Shown: in pieces, positions 57,095 through 64,000 of the stretch
Numbering within the stretch: the first letter of the stretch is position 1
Layout: each line of letters opens with the position of its first letter
Assembly: GCA_037917675.1 (NCBI GenBank)
Contig: JAVCBW010000013.1
Location: 25,578-89,577 of the forward strand
DNA length: 64,000 nucleotides
Origin: Thermoproteota archaeon
Lineage (GTDB): Archaea > Korarchaeota > Korarchaeia > B14-G2
Direction of reading: 5' to 3'
Notes under the pieces: generated by a model
Database searches by the model: none
Told to the model about the DNA's origin: nothing
The model's input: the letters and a program-made list of their open reading frames with translations, nothing else
Program-made: the position numbers and the translations under genes

Positions 57095-58153
57095 ATGAAG
57101 CCGATACCTATAATCTATGATGAATCGATCAAGAAGTACAGCTTTCCTGGAACTCATCCATTCAAAGGGAGCAGATTCGAGAAGTTCATAAGATACATAA
57201 GGGAGAGCCCACTGATTAGGGAGGGGCTATGCGAGATAACCGGCTTCATAGGCCCAAGCCCCTCAGAAGAGGAGCTTCAGCTGGTTCACTCCCCACTCTA
57301 TATCAGGAAGGTCAGAAGGATGTCTGAGCTAGGAATAGGGCTGCTCTCAATGGATACTCCTGTGTTCAAGGGTGCATATGAGGCGTTCCTAAGCATACTT
57401 CACTCCACCCTATCAGCATATCGTGCTGTATCCTCTGGTGAGTCTAGAATAGCCATTGGGATAGGTGGAGGGCTACATCACGCTGGGAGAAGCTATGGTG
57501 AAGGCTTTTGCATATTCAATGACGTCGCGATCGCAGCTAGATATGCTCAGAAGGAGGGTTTCAAAAAAATCTTCATATTCGACTATGATGCCCATCAGGG
57601 TAATGGCACAATGGACATATTCTATAGTGATCCCTCAGTCTTCTACTTGAGCATACATCAAGACCCTCTCACCCTATACCCTGGAACAGGCTTCATAGAG
57701 CAGGTTGGAACTGGAGACGGAGAAGGCTATACCTGTAACATCCCGCTTCCCCCGGGAGCTGGGAGAAGCTGCTATGAGAAGGCAATCAGGGAGGTGTTTC
57801 TCCCACTAGTAGAGTGTTTCAAGCCAGACCTCATAATCTGCAATGGAGGAAGTGACCCCCATCACAGCGACCCCCTTACCATGCTAAACTTAGATTTCAG
57901 AGGCTTCTGGCTCATAGGCTCCTCTATAAGAGAAGCCTCATCCATAGCTAATGCTCCTGCCATCGACTTGATAGCCAGCGGGTACAATGAGGAGGTCTTA
58001 CCTAGAGCATGGGCATGCATCATAGCTGGAATAGTCAGGTTTGAAGGAGAGCTTTGCAACGAGCCCTCTAGAGAGCTGCCTGAAGCTGCTTCAGCATTCG
58101 AGAAAACACTGAGGGAAGTAAGGATGGTTATGAGGAGGTACTGGAACATATGA
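57095..58153 (+). CDS. Histone deacetylase / AcuC-family amidohydrolase
   Basis: HPF...R, GGGLHHA, GFCIFNDVA, DYDAHQGNGT, LYPGTG, GSDPHHSDPL, SGY. Confidence 0.92.
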   Translation: MKPIPIIYDESIKKYSFPGTHPFKGSRFEKFIRYIRESPLIREGLCEITGFIGPSPSEEELQLVHSPLYIRKVRRMSELGIGLLSMDTPVFKGAYEAFLSILHSTLSAYRAVSSGESRIAIGIGGGLHHAGRSYGEGFCIFNDVAIAARYAQKEGFKKIFIFDYDAHQGNGTMDIFYSDPSVFYLSIHQDPLTLYPGTGFIEQVGTGDGEGYTCNIPLPPGAGRSCYEKAIREVFLPLVECFKPDLIICNGGSDPHHSDPLTMLNLDFRGFWLIGSSIREASSIANAPAIDLIASGYNEEVLPRAWACIIAGIVRFEGELCNEPSRELPEAASAFEKTLREVRMVMRRYWNI

Positions 58154-58685
58154 CAGGCTCAAACAGCGTAAGAAGCTTCTTGACGACTTCCCTTCTCCCA
58201 ATGTCAACCCAGACAACTATAGCTCCAGCGCCTGGCTGCCCATAAACCCAAGCTCCACCTGGAGGTGTGAAGTATGATACAGGAAACCCTAGTAGATCCT
58301 CCTCTCCATCTACTACCACACATACATATCTGCCTGAGGATGCTTCTCTGAATGCTCTCTTAATAGCCCCCCAGGCTTCTCTTGTAATAAAGCCTGCAGG
58401 GTTTCTACACCTATAGACAGCATAGCCATCTGGCACTTTGACTCCAACCTGTCTTCTCTCAACCTTGCCATCGATAACTGCAACCCTAGGCTTGACCCCC
58501 TCTTTGATAAGCCACCATGTCACATAGTCTCCTACAGACGAAAGGAAGACTCCCATAACCTCTCTAACATCTCTTATGAGAGATCCCCTAGGCCTCCTGA
58601 CAGCTTCAGCAAGCCTTCTGGTGGCTCTAAGATCGAACAGCAGGTTATCGTCTGCATCCAATAGCTGGTAGCCTGAGGCAGCCAT
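58128..58685 (-). CDS. DUF359-family protein (GTP-dependent dephospho-CoA kinase)
   Basis: SVGDYVT, IDGKVER, NPAGFIT, VDGEEDLL, YGQPG.G. Confidence 0.88.
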   Translation of the reverse strand: MAASGYQLLDADDNLLFDLRATRRLAEAVRRPRGSLIRDVREVMGVFLSSVGDYVTWWLIKEGVKPRVAVIDGKVERRQVGVKVPDGYAVYRCRNPAGFITREAWGAIKRAFREASSGRYVCVVVDGEEDLLGFPVSYFTPPGGAWVYGQPGAGAIVVWVDIGRREVVKKLLTLFEPVICSSTSS

Positions 58686-58763
58686 CTCTAAGCACCTAAG
58701 CTAATAGAAGTGGAACTAGAACTTTTTTAAGGCAAGCCCCTCAGTAACCTAGAGTGTCGAGGT

Positions 58764-59933
58764 ATGTTAAAAGATATTGCCAGTGTACTATGGGACATCA
58801 AGCCAGTGATAAGTCCAAGAATATCTGAGATAGCTGCTGGAAGGAGGGGTAGTGGTGTATGGCGGATTGCTGACCTCCCAATTGATAACAGTATATTTCG
58901 TGGTCTCAGCATCCTTGCTGACTCACGTGATAAGAGGCTCAGCATAATCCTCACGCTTAGAGTAGCTCCAGCACTGTGGGAGCTCTGGGAAAGCCATCGT
59001 GCAAGGATCTTTCAGACCATTACAAGCAAGCTAAGGGAGTATGGCGTCATGGCCTCTAGAGATCTCTGCAATACATACGTGTATTCTATGGAGAGAGACA
59101 TAGCTGTAGTTACATTAGAGTCCACCTTTTACCACCATGCTCCTCCCCCTGCGCATGTCAAGATAGCTACTCCTGGATACACTAGGCTTTCAAGATCATA
59201 TGACTGGCTTGAAGAGCAGCTTGAGAGGCTTATTCTGCTAACTGAGATAGTAGCTACCGCTGTATCTGAGAGGCTAGGAGAAGCCCAGCTAGAGCACCAG
59301 GCAGAGAGGGGGTGGAGTCAGCTTGAGCTGAGAGCTTATGTCAGTCAGGCTCTCAGAAAGCTGTCCGAGCAAAGGGAAAAGCATCTAGCCTGGGTTAGAA
59401 GAAGCCTAGCTGAAGCTAGGGAGTGGATCAGTGGTCCAGTAGACATGTGGACTGGCAACCGCCCCTATCCTCCAATAGGCAAGCTGACATCTTTCTTCGA
59501 TGATCTAGTCTCTGAGACGATGCACTTGGCCATAGAGAGTAGGCCGACGAAAGCAGTAGATCAGATAGCCTATATCCTCTACATGTCTTCTGCTAACATG
59601 GAGCTTATCTTAAGCAACATGGAGGCTGTTAAAGCTGCTGAGAGGAGCTCCTCCTTCTTCAGTGGGCTATCAGGATACTACCTGATCCTCGCTGATGCCT
59701 TGCATAGCATCGAACCCAGAGGAAGAAGCTTCTCTGAGGCGGCTTCAGTAGACTCTGAGAGGGATATGCTTCTGCCAGCTTCTCTACATGGAGATGCCTG
59801 GGTAGAATGGAATAGTTTTAAGCGTGAGCTAGAGATCAGCAGGGAGAAGCTAGTAGAGTGCTGTCTAGCTCTTTCCAGAACGCTAGCTGGGATAGGGGAG
59901 AGCATAAGAGAGGAGAAGGAGGCAAGCCGCTGA
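58764..59933 (+). CDS. Hypothetical protein, largely helical, no recognisable motif
   Basis: 389-aa ORF with GAGGT RBS and TTTTTTAA upstream. Confidence 0.65.
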   Translation: MLKDIASVLWDIKPVISPRISEIAAGRRGSGVWRIADLPIDNSIFRGLSILADSRDKRLSIILTLRVAPALWELWESHRARIFQTITSKLREYGVMASRDLCNTYVYSMERDIAVVTLESTFYHHAPPPAHVKIATPGYTRLSRSYDWLEEQLERLILLTEIVATAVSERLGEAQLEHQAERGWSQLELRAYVSQALRKLSEQREKHLAWVRRSLAEAREWISGPVDMWTGNRPYPPIGKLTSFFDDLVSETMHLAIESRPTKAVDQIAYILYMSSANMELILSNMEAVKAAERSSSFFSGLSGYYLILADALHSIEPRGRSFSEAASVDSERDMLLPASLHGDAWVEWNSFKRELEISREKLVECCLALSRTLAGIGESIREEKEASR

Positions 59934-59986
59934 ATATACAGTACAGAAGTATTAGGTTTAAAACACATCTGCTAATAGGGGGAAAC

Positions 59987-61204
59987 TTGAGAGATTACTT
60001 CAGGGATACCAAACCATATTGGCTGACAAACCTGGCTGAGCAGCTTAAAAGCCCCACTTTAGTGAGAATAGACATAAACCAGCCTCTTAAAGGCGGCAGG
60101 GTCCTGGAGGTAACTCTCAGAGCAAGAGTATACGCGTATGTACTCCAAGTAATGGCAGAGTATGCTGGCCTCGTAGTCCTAGCACATCAGGGGAGACCTG
60201 GTGAAAGTGACTTCGTAAGCCTAAGAAGCCACTTCGCTCAGCTCAGAAAGCTGCTTCCACTAGACATCGAGATAGAGTTCATACCTCATAACAAGATGTA
60301 CTCTAAGGAGACAATAGACAAGATAAGGAGGATACGTGAGAAGCAGATAATCCTCCTAGATAACGTGAGAATGTTTGAGGAGGAGTTCAGCTTCAATCCT
60401 GAGACATCAAACATGATATCCAAGTTCAGAGGTGTCATTAAGAGGTGTGTGAACGATGCAATGCCAGCATGGCATAGAGCACACACGAGTTTAATGGCAT
60501 TACCTCACATAGCTTACACATATGTTGGGATGAGAGCAGTATATGAGCTAAAAGTACTAAGTGACCTTCTTGGCGAAAAATGGGAGAACTGTGCTATAGT
60601 GATGGGTGGAAGGAAGCTTGAGAAGCTAGAAGTTCTTGAGAGGATCTTGAAGAGAATGGAGGGCTTCACAGGAGGCATACCTGGGCAGCTCATAGCTAGA
60701 GCAAAGGGATATGACTTAGGCCCAAAGAACAATGCCTTCTTGGAGAGGATAGCTAGTATCAAGCAGTTTAAGGCTGCTAGAAGGCTAGCTGATCTCGGAG
60801 TACACCACCCAGTAGACTTCACGGTGTTTGAAAACGGTGAAGCTGAAAATGTCCCGATAGAGAAGATGAAAGGCAAGGATAGCCTCATAGTGGACATAGG
60901 AGAGGAGACTGTGAGGATATACTCACAGCTACTTAGCAAGAAGACGTTTAGGATAAGAGCAGGGCCTCTCGGGATTTATGAAAAAGGCTTTCTAAATGGC
61001 ATAGAGCTTACAAAGAGGATAATGGGGAGCGGTCTGATATTTCTTGGCGGAGACACGTCGCAAGAGGCTCTCGAGACAGGTATAATAGACCAGATAAGAG
61101 ATACTGGAGGGCATTTCCTGCTTAGTGGAGGAGCCTTCCTTCATGGCTTAGCTGGCCTCCCCTACCCGTCTGTTGAAGAAATACTGAAGCAGAACCCATT
61201 ATAG
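59987..61204 (+). CDS. pgk: Phosphoglycerate kinase (divergent)
   Basis: VRIDINQP, LAHQGRPG, LLDNVR, VNDA...HRAHTSL, DIGEET, GPLGIYE, GGDT, SGGAFL; TTG 59987 preferred as start. Confidence 0.82.
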   Translation: MRDYFRDTKPYWLTNLAEQLKSPTLVRIDINQPLKGGRVLEVTLRARVYAYVLQVMAEYAGLVVLAHQGRPGESDFVSLRSHFAQLRKLLPLDIEIEFIPHNKMYSKETIDKIRRIREKQIILLDNVRMFEEEFSFNPETSNMISKFRGVIKRCVNDAMPAWHRAHTSLMALPHIAYTYVGMRAVYELKVLSDLLGEKWENCAIVMGGRKLEKLEVLERILKRMEGFTGGIPGQLIARAKGYDLGPKNNAFLERIASIKQFKAARRLADLGVHHPVDFTVFENGEAENVPIEKMKGKDSLIVDIGEETVRIYSQLLSKKTFRIRAGPLGIYEKGFLNGIELTKRIMGSGLIFLGGDTSQEALETGIIDQIRDTGGHFLLSGGAFLHGLAGLPYPSVEEILKQNPL

Positions 61205-61621
61205 CTACTCTATCTTTATCTCAAATCCTGCAGCTTTCTTTGGCAGCCTCACCTCCAGTACACCATTCCTGAACTTAGCTCTAGCCATATGAGGCCTGAC
61301 TCTAGCTGGCAGATAGACTATCTTATAGTACCTGCAGGCTATGGACTCCTCCCCCCTTAGCCCTCTAAACCTGACGATGTTCCTAGCTTCAGCTCTAAGC
61401 TCGACAGTAGTCTCAGTAGCCTTCAGAGATATGTCCTTCTTATCTACACCAGGGAGGTCGAATGAGACTATGACTTCACTTGGTGTCTCAACTACCTTAT
61501 GGAGTGGCTCAAGGCAGCCAGCTGTTCTCTCAGATGTTGTGAAGAATGACTCTAAAGCTGTCTCAACGCTCTCAAAGTAGCTATCAATTATCTTACGTAG
61601 CCTCTCAAACCACTCCTCCAT
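61205..61621 (-). CDS. Small heat-shock protein (Hsp20)
   Basis: DLPGVDKKDI, YYKIVYLP, AKFRNGVLEVRLPK, GFEIKIE. Confidence 0.92.
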   Translation of the reverse strand: MEEWFERLRKIIDSYFESVETALESFFTTSERTAGCLEPLHKVVETPSEVIVSFDLPGVDKKDISLKATETTVELRAEARNIVRFRGLRGEESIACRYYKIVYLPARVRPHMARAKFRNGVLEVRLPKKAAGFEIKIE

Positions 61622-61631
61622 AGCTATCACC

Positions 61632-62381
61632 CTAGATGAAGTATGATGGTGCAATCTGAGCAGCTCCAGTGACAGGGCTTTTCATAGCAGCCACCGTCTT
61701 CTTCATAAGCTCCTTCAGCTTTATACGCATTTCCTCCGCCTGCTGGAGTAAGGGGTCAATTTTTATCTCGATAGTCAGATAGCTAGCAAGCACCTTAAGC
61801 ACCTCTGCTGCCGCACCTGGATCAGGGTACTCGCCAAAAGCCTCTACCAGCAAAGCTATAGCTGGTACCCTACGCATTATAGCTTCCCTTACGATCATGG
61901 CCTTTACTCCACCAAGGAGCCCCTCTGACATGAACTTCACACCAGCTTTCTCAAGCTTCTCTCTGTCAACTCCATTTCCTACAATACAGTACACGTCTGG
62001 TCTCTCTATGTCGATTCTGTTGGGTGTATTCAGTCCTCCAAGTGATATGACCTGCCTAATTCCCTTTTCAAACCCCCATTCTATAACAGTCTCTGCTACA
62101 GGCCTAGCTATCGCAGGGTGTATCGGTATTTCAGAGATCAAGACAAGGAGGTCATCTTTACCATAAAGCCTGACAGGTTCCAGCACCTCAGAGTTATGTA
62201 GCACTATGAATGGAGGGAAAAGCGGTGAGTCCAAGAAGCCAATTTCCTCCAATTTCAGTTCAGTTATCATGTAACTCGCTGCTATAGCTCCAACGAGGCC
62301 AGGATCAGGCATCCCCTCGATTAACACAGCTCCCTTATATGTCCCCTCTCTCTTCTCAATAACCTTAACTTTCTGCTCCAT
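61632..62381 (-). CDS. PAC2-family proteasome assembly chaperone
   Basis: IEGMPDPGLVGAIAASY, PVRLY, ISEIP, YPDPGAAA. Confidence 0.88.
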   Translation of the reverse strand: MEQKVKVIEKREGTYKGAVLIEGMPDPGLVGAIAASYMITELKLEEIGFLDSPLFPPFIVLHNSEVLEPVRLYGKDDLLVLISEIPIHPAIARPVAETVIEWGFEKGIRQVISLGGLNTPNRIDIERPDVYCIVGNGVDREKLEKAGVKFMSEGLLGGVKAMIVREAIMRRVPAIALLVEAFGEYPDPGAAAEVLKVLASYLTIEIKIDPLLQQAEEMRIKLKELMKKTVAAMKSPVTGAAQIAPSYFI

Positions 62382-62418
62382 CCAAACCCCAAACTCCCTC
62401 TACTTCTACAATATTAAC

Positions 62419-63396
62419 TTATTCCACCTGTCCTGCCGAGGACTGTTCTAGCAGCTCTCTCAGCTTTACCTCCTCAATTTCTCCATTCTCGCTTATCTTG
62501 ATGAATTTGGCATCTTCTAATGGTAGAACTCTACTAAGGGATCTGACTAGCTCCCCTAAGCTCCCAGCTTCGACTGTTGCTCCAGAAGCAGCCCTATGCC
62601 CACCTCCACCAAGTGCCTGAGCTATCTCAGAGCAGTTAAACTCTTCTCTGCAACCTAACATTACCTTCCATCTCCTACTTGAAAGCCTGTAGCATAACAC
62701 CACGAGCTTAGCTCCCTTTCTTTCCAAGCCCAGCATTAAGCCTCTATAAGATATCCTTTTGCTTCTCCTCCTCTCTACTATCAGAACAGTCACTTTAAGC
62801 GGCTCTATCCTCTCGGAAAGTTTTTCCGTGCTCTCTCTTACCTTCCTATTTGCCTCAATCCAGCTTGCTACCTCACTTGCAGAGAAGGCTTCTAGCCCTC
62901 TTTCAGCTAGAAGCTTAGTGAGCTTAATTCTCATCCTAGCTGGGCTTCCTTTCACAGCATCATTAAGAAGCCAAGCTTCATCACGCTCTATGTTGGCTGT
63001 GTCTGTCTCTGTTGCCAGCTCTGCTAGTTTAACAGCCAGAGAATCTCTCTCTAAGCCTAAGGCTCTAACTGCCAGCACAGCTGCGCATGGCGCACTCGGG
63101 TCATGAAAGCTTCTCTTAGCTCTAGAAATGTTACTTTCATGGTGGTCAATCCATAGAACTGTCCTTTTAGGACATGGTAAGTCTAGCACTACATCCCATT
63201 TAATGGCGTTTATTAAGCCAAATCTACCTGCCTTCTGGACTTCATGTGGCGTAGCTAATGCTATAACAGCGTTTGGATATTTTCTCAAGGCTATCGCAGC
63301 TGAAGCTATGCCGTCTCCATCTTCTCCATGTGAGAGGATCCTAGGTCTCCTGAGAGCTGGTGCAAACAGCAGCTTAAACAAGCTCTCAACTATCAA
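62419..63396 (-). CDS. DHH/DHHA1 phosphoesterase
   Basis: HGEDGDG, VVLD, WIDHH, GGGGHRAASGA. Confidence 0.88.
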   Translation of the reverse strand: MIVESLFKLLFAPALRRPRILSHGEDGDGIASAAIALRKYPNAVIALATPHEVQKAGRFGLINAIKWDVVLDLPCPKRTVLWIDHHESNISRAKRSFHDPSAPCAAVLAVRALGLERDSLAVKLAELATETDTANIERDEAWLLNDAVKGSPARMRIKLTKLLAERGLEAFSASEVASWIEANRKVRESTEKLSERIEPLKVTVLIVERRRSKRISYRGLMLGLERKGAKLVVLCYRLSSRRWKVMLGCREEFNCSEIAQALGGGGHRAASGATVEAGSLGELVRSLSRVLPLEDAKFIKISENGEIEEVKLRELLEQSSAGQVE

Positions 63397-63836
63397 GCTA
63401 CCTTCCTCAGGTATCCCAGCTTAATAAGCGTCTTTTTGAGAGCTCCTTCTATAGGAGGCCCTCTTCCCAACCCAGGGCAGTCATCTCTAATATAAACGTG
63501 GACCCCCTCACCTCTACCGATTGGATAGTATGCTAGCCTATCTGCTACCCCTTTCAGAGGTCTTCTAGTTATGACAAACGGAAAGCTGACACAAGCTCTG
63601 GGCTTATCGAAGTTTATTAGGCAGTAAGATCTCCCATACTGGTCTCTTCTGAGGAATGGACATGGTTCACCTGCTCTTTTAAGCCTCCATCCTCTCGGAG
63701 TAAGCTCGGCACGTACCCCATATGCTCTAGCTATCCACTCAGCCTCCCAGCTACCCAAGTACACGTTGTATTCTATGCAACAGTAAAAGCATCTTAGGCA
63801 AGTCCAAGAATCGACTTTTCTCCATGGGATAAGCAT
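63393..63836 (-). CDS. YkgJ/FliB-like cysteine-cluster protein
   Basis: CLRCFYCC, CPFL, C.I..DKPRACVSFPF, CPGLGRG. Confidence 0.85.
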   Translation of the reverse strand: MLIPWRKVDSWTCLRCFYCCIEYNVYLGSWEAEWIARAYGVRAELTPRGWRLKRAGEPCPFLRRDQYGRSYCLINFDKPRACVSFPFVITRRPLKGVADRLAYYPIGRGEGVHVYIRDDCPGLGRGPPIEGALKKTLIKLGYLRKVA

Positions 63837-64000
63837 CCATGGTAACCTCTTGACTCAGTCTATTTAAACTACAGCAAACCGTGAGAGGTGGTCATATTGA
63901 GGATATACACCTATCTTATGCCAAAGGAGTCCATAGGTGCCTGAAGAGGTTTACAGCTGGTAGGCTTTCATGGGTGTATGTGGTTTTGGTCTACTAGCTG

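Noticed and set aside
1332-63424. The many 60-190 aa ORFs antisense to long genes (Ser/Leu/Ile-rich)
   Set aside because: Shadow frames of well-supported genes on the opposite strand; no motifs or RBS
63897-64000. TTG ORF after a GAGGTG RBS with an in-frame TGA at 63942, considered as selenocysteine read-through
   Set aside because: No recognisable selenoprotein motif or SECIS; FwdB, HdrA and MvhD here use Cys; window edge prevents assessment
1-64000. CRISPR arrays, IS elements, rRNA, inteins
   Set aside because: No spaced repeats, transposase motifs, rRNA-like sequence or intein-sized insertions were noticed

Overview
64 kb of core archaeal chromosome, probably a thermophilic anaerobe of the Thermoproteota/TACK group (inferred from gatDE, the insertion-bearing SerRS and the EMHKS-type IleRS). 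It is dominated by Wood-Ljungdahl/C1 metabolism: partial fwdA, fwdB, fwdG-like, fwdD, fwdF, two HdrA-MvhD fusions, two hdrBC pairs, mer, cofE, a complete cdhABCDE operon with cooC, and moeA/moeA/moaB. Housekeeping genes include metG, ileS, serS, gatDE, rpa, prs, eno, ppsA, pgk, pyrD/K/E, speD, hsp20 and PAC2. No CRISPR array, rRNA or mobile element was seen. Features read directly that the ORF track misses: an intron-containing tRNA-Cys(GCA), a C/D-box sRNA before metG, a 42-aa ORF inside the cdh operon resembling the CdhD N-terminal/CdhC C-terminal peptides, and a frameshifted wHTH regulator. The most interesting candidate for something undescribed is an eroded cdhD/cdhE-like gene pair (19331-20637) that keeps only the TIM barrels. 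All family calls come from motif recognition by eye; no database searches were run.
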